Assembly (NCBI GenBank): GCA_937952415.1 | Contig: CALFYT010000076.1 | Location: 5,733 to 69,732, forward strand | Length of the DNA stretch: 64,000 bases | Source of the DNA: an uncultured Planctomycetaceae bacterium | GTDB taxonomy: Bacteria; Planctomycetota; Planctomycetia; Pirellulales; PALSA-1355 | Reading direction: 5' to 3' | Shown here: positions 18,668 through 30,939 of the stretch, piece after piece | Position numbering within the stretch: position 1 is the stretch's first letter | Layout of the letters: each line of letters opens with the position of its first letter | The notes under the pieces: generated by a model | The model's database searches: none | The model's input: only the letters and a program-made list of their open reading frames with translations | What the model was told of the DNA's origin: nothing | Program-made: the position numbers and the translations under genes

Positions 18668-20101
18668 CTACGTCAGAATGGGCTGCACGACGTTGCCGTG
18701 AACGTCGGTCAGCCGATATCGGCGACCCTGGTGCTTGTACGTCAGACGCTCGTGGTCGATACCCAACAGGTGCAGCACGGTGGCTTGCAGGTCGTGGATG
18801 TGGACCGGGTCTTGGACGATGTTGTAGCCGTATTCGTCGGTCTGCCCGTGGGTCATGCCTGGCTGCACGCCGCCGCCAGCGAGCCAAACGGTGAAGCAGC
18901 GCGGATGATGATCGCGGCCGAAATCCTTGGCGGTCAGCTTGCCCTGGCAGTAGTTCGTGCGCCCGAATTCGCCTCCCCAGACGATCAACGTGTCGTCGAG
19001 CAAGCCGCGCTGCTTCAAGTCGCTGACCAGCGCGGCGCTGGCCTGATCCGTTTCGCGGCATTGCGTCTTGATGGCCGCAGGCAGCCCGCTGTGTTGGTCC
19101 CAGCCTTGATGGTAGAGTTGGATGAACCGCACGCCCCGCTCGGCCAGGCGGCGCGCGAGCAGGCAATTGGCCGCGTAGGTGCCGGGGTTCTTGGCGTCCT
19201 CGCCGTACTGCTTGAAGACGTGTTCCGGCTCGCCCGACAGATCGGTCACTTCCGGAATCGACATCTGCATGCGGTAGGCCAGCTCATACTGCGCGATTCG
19301 GGCTTCGATCGCCGGATCGGCGTTGTCGGCCAGTTGCAACTGGTGAAGCTCTTTGAGTCGATCGAGCATTTGCCGCCGGCTGCTGGCGTCGACGCCGTCG
19401 GGATTGTTGAGGTACAGTACCGGATCACTGCCCGAGCGAAACCGAACGCCCTGGTGCCGCGACGGTAGAAAGCCGCTCCCCCAAAGTCGCGACACGAGCG
19501 GCTGCCCGCCCTTTCCCTTGGTTACCAGGACAACAAAGGAGGGCAGGTTTTCGTTCTCCGCGCCCAGTCCGTAATCGAGCCACGCGCCCATGCTCGGCCG
19601 GCCGGGAAACTGCGATCCGGTTTGCAGATACGTGACGGCCGGGCCGTGATTGATCGCCTCGGTGTGCATCGAGCGCACAAAGCACAAGTCGTCGACGATC
19701 CGGGCGGTGTGCGGCATTAAGTCGCTCGCCCATGCGCCGCACTGGCCGTGCTGCTTGAACGAGAACGGCGAACCGGCTAGCGGCAGGCTCGACTGGCTGG
19801 CTGACATCCCGGTCAACCGTTGCCCGGCCCGTACGCTTTCGGGCAATTGCTCGCCGTGCCGCTGGTTGAGCAGCGGCTTGTAGTCGAACAGGTCCATCTG
19901 CGACGGCGCACCAGACTGAAACAGGTAGATTACCCGTTTGATTTTCGGCGCGAAGTGCGTGCCCGTGGGCCCGGCCAGTGCCGCGCGCGGACCGACAAGG
20001 CTCGACAGCGCGATCCCGCCGAGCCCCATGCCGAACGAACCGAGAAACCGTCGCCGGCTCATGGCGGGCAAAGGATCGTAGCCAGTACACGTGCGGTTCA
20101 T
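18668..20101 (-). CDS. DUF1501 domain protein (sulfatase-fold, Tat-signal)
   Basis: SRRRFLGSFGMGLGG twin-arginine leader. FVRSMHTEAINHGPA, WGGEFGRT and DHHP blocks are typical of DUF1501. Confidence 0.9.
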   Translation of the reverse strand: MNRTCTGYDPLPAMSRRRFLGSFGMGLGGIALSSLVGPRAALAGPTGTHFAPKIKRVIYLFQSGAPSQMDLFDYKPLLNQRHGEQLPESVRAGQRLTGMSASQSSLPLAGSPFSFKQHGQCGAWASDLMPHTARIVDDLCFVRSMHTEAINHGPAVTYLQTGSQFPGRPSMGAWLDYGLGAENENLPSFVVLVTKGKGGQPLVSRLWGSGFLPSRHQGVRFRSGSDPVLYLNNPDGVDASSRRQMLDRLKELHQLQLADNADPAIEARIAQYELAYRMQMSIPEVTDLSGEPEHVFKQYGEDAKNPGTYAANCLLARRLAERGVRFIQLYHQGWDQHSGLPAAIKTQCRETDQASAALVSDLKQRGLLDDTLIVWGGEFGRTNYCQGKLTAKDFGRDHHPRCFTVWLAGGGVQPGMTHGQTDEYGYNIVQDPVHIHDLQATVLHLLGIDHERLTYKHQGRRYRLTDVHGNVVQPILT

Positions 20102-20191
20102 GGCCGATTGCCTCGGGTTCGTTGTGATGCGTGGGCCATGGTGGTGTTTTGTTGAAAAGTCAGCCGTCGTGGGTGTGTACGTTTCAGGGCT

Positions 20192-23299
<3,108 letters not shown>

Positions 23300-23470
23300 G
23301 ATGAATGCCTGCCAATGTGCGGGGCGGGAGGGGGAGGGGAGGGCCATCCGTTATTATGCGAACGGCCGCGTGCCACATCAAGGCGCGGTCGTCCGCGGCA
23401 TCGCATCGAAACACGCGTGCAACGTGGCGCGCCGCCCGCGACCGAACGACGTGTCGCAGCCGCTTGAGCG

Positions 23471-26400
23471 CTAAGCCGAATCGCGCGGCGGCGTCGGATT
23501 GCGGTTGAAGAGCATGTCGGCCACGACGAAGAAGACCGGCACGATCAACAGTAGCAGCACCGTGCCGACCATCATGCCGCCAATCACGACCGTGCCGAGC
23601 GATTGCCGGCTCGCCGCGCCGGCGCCGCTGGCCGTGACCAGCGGGATGTATCCGACGATGCACGTCAGCGCCGTCATCAAGATGGCTCGCAGCCGCAGTC
23701 GGGCCGCCTCGACGGCTGCCTGCGCGGCAGACTTTCCTTCGTCGCGCAGGTTCTTGGCAAACTCCACCACCAGGATCGCGCTTTTGGCCTGCAAGCCGAC
23801 GAGCATCACCAGGCCGATCTGACCGAACACGTCGAGCGATTTGTTCGTCAGCGTCAGGGCCAGGATGGCACCCAACATCGCCAGCGGCACGGCCAGTAGG
23901 ATGATCATTGGAAGCGACCAACTCTCATACTGCGCGCACAGGAACAGAAACACGCACACGATCGACATCCCAAAAATGTAGATCGTCATGTTGCCGGTCA
24001 ACAACTGCTGGTAGGTCGTGCCGGTCCATTCGTATCCAAAGCCGGTCGGCAGGACCTGATCCGCCACCTGCTCCATCGCGGCGACAGCCTGGCCTGAACT
24101 GTAGCCGGGGGCGGCTTCGCCGACGATCTTGGCCGAGAGATAGAGGTTGTAGTGCGGCACGTCAGAGGGCGCGACGATGTTGCGCACATCGCCCAACGCC
24201 GAAAGCGGAATCATTCGCCCGTCGCTGCTGCGCACCTTCAAAGTCAGAATATCTTCGGGCTTCGTACGGCGCTCGCCCTCGGCTTGCACCATCACCTTGA
24301 AGACCTTGCCGTAAAGATTGAAGTCGTTGACGTAGTAGCCGCCCAGGTTCGTTTGCAGGGTGCTGAACACATCGGCCACCGGGACGTTCAGCGTGCGAGC
24401 CTTGGTGCGGTCCAGATCGTAGTATAAGTGCGGCACATTGGCCGAATACGACGTGAACAATCCGGTCAACTCCGGGCGTTTTCGGGCCTCGGGCAGGAAC
24501 AGGTCGTTGGCCACCAGAGCCAATGTCTTGACGCCCTTGGCCTGGCGATCTTCCAGTTGGAACTCGAATCCGCCGGTTGTTCCCAGACCGGGAATGCTTG
24601 GCGGTTGAGCGACGACGGCCGTCGCCTCACGGATCTCTTTTCGCAGAATTCCGCGCATTTGCGAAACCAGCGCCGGCGCGCGCAAGGTCGCCGCTCGGCG
24701 CTCGCTCCACGGTTCGAGAATGACGAACAGCGTGGCCACGTTCGGCTGATTGACCGCGGTCACGATGTTATATCCGTCGATCAATAACACATTGCGCACG
24801 CCTGGAAGCTTCTCGGCGAACTGCGAGACGCGGCGCGAGATCTTCTGTGTCGGCTCGCGCGTGGTTCCGTCGGGCGCCTGCAGCGAAACGAAGAAGTACC
24901 CCTGGTCCTCGACCGGAATGAACCCCTTGGGCCGCGCGGCGAACAAGTAACCAAGCGGCAAGAGCAGAGCCGCGGCCACCAACGTGGTCACCCACCACCG
25001 GCGCGTCGAGCTGCCCAGCAAGGCCTGATAGGCCGACTCGGCCCGGGATAGGCCCAAATTGAACCAGCGAAACAACACGAAGTTCGATTCGTGGTGCTTT
25101 GCCATCAGAATCCGCGCCAGCGCCGGGCTGAGACTCAGCGCGTTGATCGTCGAGATGATCACCGCAAACACGATCGCCAACGCAAACTGGTTGTACAGTC
25201 GCCCGGTCAGACCTGGAATGAACGCCACCGGCACGAACACGGCGGCCAGCACCAGGCTGGTGGCGATGATCGGGCCGGTCACCTGATCCATTGCGTCGCG
25301 CACCGCTTGGCGGGCACCCTTGCCTTCGCTGAGTTGTCGTTGCACGTTCTCGACGACTACGATCGCATCGTCGACCACGGTGCCGATCGCCAGCACCAGC
25401 CCAAACAGCGTCAGCGTGTTGATCGAGAACCCAAATGCCAGCATGATGGCCAGCGTTCCGATCAGCGAGACGGGGATTGTCACCAGGGGAATCAGGGTCG
25501 GCCGCCAACCCTGCAGGAAGACGAACACGACCAGCACGGCCAGCCCCGAAGCCTGGAGCAGCGTGCTCTGCACCTCGGCGATGTTTTCCGCGACGTAGGC
25601 GGTCGTGTCGTACGCAACGGCGTAGTCGACCCCTTCGGGAAACGCCGTCTTGAGCCGATCCATTTCCTCCCGTACCTGCGCGAGGATTTCCAGCGAGTTG
25701 GCGTCGGACAACTGATACACGCCCACCGTGGCCGCCGGCTTGCCGTCGAGGTACGAACTCATTTCGTAGTTTTCGGTTCCCAGTTCGACCCGGGCCACGT
25801 CGGAAACGCGAACCACGGTCCCGTCGGGCCGGCCGAGTACGACGATGTTTCCGAATTCTTCAACGGTCGCCAGGCGCCCTTTCGCCTGGACGGGGTATTC
25901 GAACTGCTGGCCGGCGGGCACGGGCGCCGCGCCAATCTTTCCGGCGGCGGCCTGCACGTTTTCATTCTTGATCGCATCGATGACGTCGGACGGCGACGTG
26001 CCCTGTTCGGCCATCCGATCCGGATCGAGCCAGATCCGCATCGCGTATTTTCCGCCAAACAGGCTGACATCGCTCACGCCACGGATTCGCTTGAGCGAGT
26101 CCACGACGTTGATCTCGGCGTAGTTGTCCAAGAACGTGCCGTCGTACGTCCCGTCGGGCGAGACGAGCGTCACGGCACAGACCATGTTCGTCGAAGTCTT
26201 CTTGATCTCGACGCCATACTGCTTCACTTCGGCAGGCAGGGTTGGCTTGGCCAGTTCGACCTTGTTTTGTACGTCGACGGCGGCGATGTCCTGCGAGTAG
26301 CCGACGTCGAACGAAACGTTGATCTGCGACACGCCGTAATCGGTGCTACTGGAGGACATGTAGATCATGCCCTTCACTCCGTTGACCTTCTGCTCGATCG

Positions 26401-26596
26401 GCGTGGTGACCGTGTCGGCAACCACTTCGGCCCCGGCACCGGTGTACGTCGTCTTGACCTGCACCTGCGGCGGAACGATGTCGGGATAGAGCGACACCGG
26501 CAAAATGAACGCGCAGATTCCACCGGCCATCACAATCAACAGTGCGATTACCGCGGCGAAGATTGGGCGGTCGATGAAAAAGTGGACCATGAGCAA
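23471..26596 (-). CDS. RND multidrug efflux permease (HAE1/AcrB family)
   Basis: 1041 aa, starting MLMVHFFIDRPIFAAVIALLIVMAGG. 12-TM RND layout with two large periplasmic loops. Confidence 0.95.
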   Translation of the reverse strand: MLMVHFFIDRPIFAAVIALLIVMAGGICAFILPVSLYPDIVPPQVQVKTTYTGAGAEVVADTVTTPIEQKVNGVKGMIYMSSSSTDYGVSQINVSFDVGYSQDIAAVDVQNKVELAKPTLPAEVKQYGVEIKKTSTNMVCAVTLVSPDGTYDGTFLDNYAEINVVDSLKRIRGVSDVSLFGGKYAMRIWLDPDRMAEQGTSPSDVIDAIKNENVQAAAGKIGAAPVPAGQQFEYPVQAKGRLATVEEFGNIVVLGRPDGTVVRVSDVARVELGTENYEMSSYLDGKPAATVGVYQLSDANSLEILAQVREEMDRLKTAFPEGVDYAVAYDTTAYVAENIAEVQSTLLQASGLAVLVVFVFLQGWRPTLIPLVTIPVSLIGTLAIMLAFGFSINTLTLFGLVLAIGTVVDDAIVVVENVQRQLSEGKGARQAVRDAMDQVTGPIIATSLVLAAVFVPVAFIPGLTGRLYNQFALAIVFAVIISTINALSLSPALARILMAKHHESNFVLFRWFNLGLSRAESAYQALLGSSTRRWWVTTLVAAALLLPLGYLFAARPKGFIPVEDQGYFFVSLQAPDGTTREPTQKISRRVSQFAEKLPGVRNVLLIDGYNIVTAVNQPNVATLFVILEPWSERRAATLRAPALVSQMRGILRKEIREATAVVAQPPSIPGLGTTGGFEFQLEDRQAKGVKTLALVANDLFLPEARKRPELTGLFTSYSANVPHLYYDLDRTKARTLNVPVADVFSTLQTNLGGYYVNDFNLYGKVFKVMVQAEGERRTKPEDILTLKVRSSDGRMIPLSALGDVRNIVAPSDVPHYNLYLSAKIVGEAAPGYSSGQAVAAMEQVADQVLPTGFGYEWTGTTYQQLLTGNMTIYIFGMSIVCVFLFLCAQYESWSLPMIILLAVPLAMLGAILALTLTNKSLDVFGQIGLVMLVGLQAKSAILVVEFAKNLRDEGKSAAQAAVEAARLRLRAILMTALTCIVGYIPLVTASGAGAASRQSLGTVVIGGMMVGTVLLLLIVPVFFVVADMLFNRNPTPPRDSA

Positions 26597-26665
26597 CTCT
26601 CGGGAACAACAAGACTCAGAATCTCACGCCGTCAAACGATCGACCGACGGAGCGAGGCACGAATC

Positions 26666-28270
26666 TTACGGGGACCGGCTCGGCGCGGGCTTGGCCGGCG
26701 GCGATGGCTTTTGGGCGGGCGTATCGGAATTCGGTTGTGCCGCGGGCTGGGTCGGATTGGCGCTCGGCGGCGCTGCGCTATTCGGCGGTGTCGCGTCGCT
26801 TGGCGGCTGTTTGAAGTTGGCCGGCGATTGGGCAGCGTCCGGCGGTGCCGCGGCAGCCGATTCGGCCGGCACGTCCGGATCGATCGACTTCGCGACGTCC
26901 GGCAGATTGTCCAATCGAGGCGGCCAGGTTTCGGTTTCAAGCGGTCTGGGCGATACCTTCAGGCCGGAACGCACGAGTTGAAGTCCGTCGACAATGACCT
27001 GATCGCCCGGCTTGAGCGCCCCGGCTTCGAGCACCCGCAACCCGCGATACGTGTCCAACGCCTTGACCGGCACTGCCTTGACCGTATCACCCGCATCGAC
27101 GACCAACACGCTTTGCCCGGCCTGGCCTTCGATCACTGCTCGCTCCGGCACGACGATGGCGTTTTCGTATGTTCCGATGATCAAGTTGACACGGACATAG
27201 TCGCCCGGCAGCAGTTCCTTGTCCGGATTTGGCACGGTGGCCTTGACCAAGAAAGTCGAAGTCGTCGGGTCGATCGTGTTGTCGACGAACGTCAGCGATC
27301 CCAGGTGCGAGTACGGCCGCTCGCCCTGCACGATCAATTCCACCGCTTGTCCCTTGCCGACCAGGTCGCGGACCAGCGGCAAGAATCTGGCGGAGGGCCG
27401 CAAGTTGACCTGAATCGGATCGAGTTGTTCGATGGTCGCCAGGGCCGTGTCTTCGTTGTCGCCGACCAGGTTGCCCTCTTTCACCAGCGCTTCGCCGATG
27501 CGCCCGTCGAACGGAGCCGACATGCGGCAGTAGCTCAACTCGACCTCGGCATCCTTGAGTGCGTTCGAGGCGATTTCATGTTGGGCCTGGGCTTTGAGAA
27601 TATCGGCCTGGTGCATGACCTTGGTTTGTTCGAGCGTGGCTCGCGCCGATTCCAGGTTGGCTTTGGATTGTTCGTACTTGCTGCGTCGCTCGTCGTACTC
27701 CTCGGCGGTAATCGCGCCCGAGTCGTAGGCCTGTTTGCCGCGACGTGCTTCGGCGCTGGCCAGCAAGACTGCGGCTTCTTCTTTCTTCACGGCGGCCGCC
27801 GCCACTTCGACGCTCTTGTCTTGGGTGGCCTGTTGCAGTTGCGCTTTCGCTTCGTCCAGGTTTCCCTTGGCCGCCCCGAACTCCAGCTTAAAGGGCACTT
27901 CGTCGATCACGAACAGCAGCTCACCCTTCTTCACGTCGCTGCCCTGCTTGAACAGTCGCTCCTGCAAAAACCCTTTCACGCGGGCCCGAATCGTGACTTG
28001 CCGGATCGCCTCGGTCGTGCCGTTGCCGGTTACTTCGCGTGGGATGCTTGCCTGATAGGCTTCGGCGACGGTCACGGTCGGCGGGATCGGTTCCACCGGA
28101 GTCTGCGATGGGTTGCAGCCAGCAAGCAGCGTCAGCAACCCGACACATGCCAGCCCCGCCGCGCAATTGCGCGACAGCGCGGGCAGTGCGCACGTGAGAA
28201 CGGAATTGTGCTTCGGGCGGCGCGCGCGCGACCTGGCACGAAATTCATTCGAAACTTGGTTCCAAGCCAT
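26666..28270 (-). CDS. RND periplasmic adaptor (membrane fusion protein) lipoprotein with ~95-aa Pro/Ala-rich C-terminal tail
   Basis: Lipobox LLAGC. Coiled-coil hairpin plus barrel-sandwich blocks (GRIGEALVKEGNLV, VPERAV). The tail is PPDAAQSPANFKQPPSDATPPNSAAPPSANPTQPAAQP... Confidence 0.9.
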   Translation of the reverse strand: MAWNQVSNEFRARSRARRPKHNSVLTCALPALSRNCAAGLACVGLLTLLAGCNPSQTPVEPIPPTVTVAEAYQASIPREVTGNGTTEAIRQVTIRARVKGFLQERLFKQGSDVKKGELLFVIDEVPFKLEFGAAKGNLDEAKAQLQQATQDKSVEVAAAAVKKEEAAVLLASAEARRGKQAYDSGAITAEEYDERRSKYEQSKANLESARATLEQTKVMHQADILKAQAQHEIASNALKDAEVELSYCRMSAPFDGRIGEALVKEGNLVGDNEDTALATIEQLDPIQVNLRPSARFLPLVRDLVGKGQAVELIVQGERPYSHLGSLTFVDNTIDPTTSTFLVKATVPNPDKELLPGDYVRVNLIIGTYENAIVVPERAVIEGQAGQSVLVVDAGDTVKAVPVKALDTYRGLRVLEAGALKPGDQVIVDGLQLVRSGLKVSPRPLETETWPPRLDNLPDVAKSIDPDVPAESAAAAPPDAAQSPANFKQPPSDATPPNSAAPPSANPTQPAAQPNSDTPAQKPSPPAKPAPSRSP

Positions 28271-28503
28271 GAGACGCTCGCGACAACAAGTAATGTCCGC
28301 GACACACGGATCGCCTGCCGGTGCCGGTAGAAACCACGCGGTCGTATTAACCTGCGCTGGCCGCCGAAGTATAGCATTTTTCGACGTGTGCGAGGCGGAG
28401 AAGGGGTGTGCCCGTCAGTATGCCGAAATGGGCGGAGATTCTGGACGGCGCAGGGGGGATTGGCGTACCGCACCGTGCGTGCGCCGCCAGACGCACCGCG
28501 GCG

Positions 28504-29172
28504 CTAGTCCAACTCGGTTTGGATCGCGGCCTCTAGATCTTTGGGGCGGAAGCCGAAGGGACCCTTCGCGCCCTTGAAGGCGATCTTCCCGTCGCGGCCC
28601 ACCAGGTACAACCGGTCGGGCGCCGCGGCGTAATCCTGATTCACTTTGTCATCCAGGTTGTCGATGACGGTCGGAATCGAGATCTCGAGCTTAGCACACA
28701 TCTGCTTGGCGACAGCCGTGCGATCCTTGAAGGTCGTCGGCTGCGCAAATAAGATTTCCTCGCGCTCGTTTTGCCGAACTTGCCAGCCGTCGGTCGGGTG
28801 CGCTTCGCGGATGTAGACCACCAGGAACTCGACGTCCTTGCCGTAGCGACGATACATCGCTTCCAGGGCACCAACCTGGTGCCGGAAGGGCGGTCACGTA
28901 TACGAACCGAAAATCAACGCCACCGGCCGCTTGCCGCGGAAGCGGCTCAGGCGCACCTTCCGCTTGCCATCGAGCGACGACAGTGTGAAGTCCGGCGCCA
29001 GATCGCCGACATTGTATTTTCCGTCGGGCCGCGCGCCGCGACGCAGACCTTTACCCCGCGCGTCCCGATTGGGCGGTTGCGCCACGATGGAATCGGCCAG
29101 CAGGCCCATGCAGATGATCACCGCCAATCCTTGCAAAGCGATCCGCATTTGACGCTCCGTTACAAGTTGCAT
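28504..29172 (-). CDS. Iodothyronine-deiodinase-like thioredoxin-fold selenoprotein (TGA 28894..28896 read as Sec)
   Basis: Two same-frame ORF fragments joined through one TGA. The joined sequence is ...LIFGSYT-U-PPFRHQVGALEAMYRRYGKDVEFLVVYIREAHPTDGWQV... N-terminal signal anchor. Hairpin 6 nt downstream of the UGA. sel genes are present in the window. Confidence 0.8.
28861..28887 (-). promoter_or_regulatory. Putative bacterial SECIS hairpin for the deiodinase-like gene
   Basis: mRNA sense: UGA-CCGCCC-UUCC-GGCACC-[AGGUU]-GGUGCC-CU-GGAA. This is a 6-bp perfect upper stem and a 4-bp lower stem with a 2-nt bulge, and the apical loop contains GGU. Confidence 0.5.
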
Positions 29173-29385
29173 GACACGGGGGACGCTTGCTGTTCGCCAG
29201 TCGTCGTGCGGTCTGCGCCGACTACCCGACCCTACATCATCCGCTCACGCTGGCCGCGTCTCTGTATGATACAGCACAAAATCTTCCAATCCTATGCAAC
29301 CGTCGATTCCGGCCGCGACGTCGCGTAGAATGGCACCACGTGGCCGGATCGAACGCAGTCAGTATCGCGTCGATACACGCCGGCC

Positions 29386-30849
29386 GTGAACACGCCCGCA
29401 AATGCACTCGAGCAATCCATGCCGCGCGCCATCCGACGAACCGTTTCGGCGATCATCGCCGCGCTGTTGGCCACGTGTGCATGCACTACGCTGCCTGCCG
29501 CCGACTATCCGCCGCAAGTCGGACAGCCGCATCCCGACGTGCTGCTGCCAAACATCGAGGACCGTGCACCGGTGGCCTTGTCGCAGTTTCGTGGAAAGAA
29601 ACTGTTGCTGATTCAATTCGCCTCGTGGTGAGCAGGCTGCCGACGGCACGTGCCGGTCTGGCACAAGGCAACCAAAGCGTGGCGCGAGCAGGGCAAGTTG
29701 GCCGTCGTGGGCATTACGCAGGAGCAGCATGCCCAGCGCTGCCGCCTGTTCGCTCAATGGCAGCACATCGACTGGCCGATCCTGCACGACCCGATCAACG
29801 TCACAGGACCCAGCGTGGTCCCGATCGTGATGGCGATCGACGAGCACGGAATCGTCCGCAGCGTGCGACCCAACGTTAGGACGTTCGAGCGTGATTTTCT
29901 CGACCGGACGTTTGAGCCGCCGACGGGCGATTCCGACGCCAAGCCGAATCCACTCGTCGCGCCCGACTTGGCGCATGCGAAATCCGCCGCGGAGCAGTCG
30001 AATACGGCCGCGGCTTGGAAACAGTACGGCGACGAGCTAGTTCTGTGGGGCGGCGACGAACAAATCAACAGCGCGATCGACGCCTATCGCCGCGCGCTGG
30101 CCATCGACCCGGACGACGGCGACGCGCACTTTCGACTTGGCGTTTGTTTCCGTCGCCGCAGCGAAACGTCCCTGCGCGACGACGGCGACTTCCAGCGGGC
30201 CGTCGACGCCTGGGGCCGGGGCCTCGACATCGATCCCAATCACTACATCCGCCGACGCCGCATTCAGCAGTACGGACCGCGGCTGGCCAAACCGTATCCG
30301 TTTTACGATTGGGTGCCGCGCGCCGCGGAAGCCATCCGTGCCCGGGGCGATGTGCCCATTGAGTTGGCGGTGCTTCCGACGGGCGCCGAAATCGCGCATC
30401 CGCAGCGTCGTTTCGTCGAGGCCGAACATAAGGACGCCTCACCGGATCCCGAGGGCCGCATCCATCGCGACGAGAATGAGCTGATCCAAACGGAAGTGGT
30501 CGTGGTTCCGGCGCGCATCAAGCCGGGCGAATCGGCCCGCATCCACGTCACCATGCGTCCCGACGACGGGCGACAGGCCCATTGGAACAACGAGAACGAG
30601 CCGGTCATGCTCTGGGTCGACGTGCCCGACGGATGGCAGACCGATCGCCGGCTGCTGACGGCACCGCTGGGCGACGACCCGGAATCGACCGAAACGCGAT
30701 CGATCGAACTGGAGCTCAAAGCGCCGGACAACGCCCAAGAAACGGTTCGCGTGCCGGCCTACTTGCTGTATTACGTGTGCGAGGGCGTCGACGGAACGTG
30801 TCTCTACCTGCGGCAGGACCTGCCGATCGACATCACACTGGCGCCGTGA
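29386..30849 (+). CDS. TlpA/ResA-like thiol:disulfide oxidoreductase selenoprotein (W-U-A-G-C; TGA 29629..29631 read as Sec) fused to TPR and a C-terminal DsbD-alpha-like domain
   Basis: ORFs 29386..29631 and 29650..30849 share a frame. The joined sequence is ...KKLLLIQFASW-U-AGCRRHVPVWHKATKAWREQGKLAVVGITQE... The start could also be ATG 29419 (MPRAIRR...). Hairpin 6 nt after the UGA. Confidence 0.75.
29638..29663 (+). promoter_or_regulatory. Putative bacterial SECIS hairpin for the TlpA-like gene
   Basis: UGCCGACGGC-[ACGU]-GCCGGUCUGGCA: 10 bp with two single-nt 3' bulges, starting 6 nt after the UGA. Confidence 0.45.
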
Positions 30850-30939
30850 TGACCGCAACGTGCTTGGCCGTTGGCGCGTTCCGGCTGCGTTCGTCCCATT
30901 GTCAAGGCTTAGCGACCAGCGCCTCTGCTAGTCGCCAGT

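Noticed and set aside
25091-28330. 1079-aa ORF on the plus strand
   Set aside because: It is entirely antisense to the strongly recognisable RND permease and adaptor genes. Its composition is dominated by Arg/Gly/His/Asp and it has no motif. This is the typical high-GC shadow ORF. The same reasoning applies to 9926..11227(+), 17330..18364(-), 21071..22240(+), 22371..23921(-), 33796..34848(+), 36960..38042(+), 46146..47276(-), 47780..49174(-), 50914..52572(-), 52251..53669(+) and 57075..58880(-).
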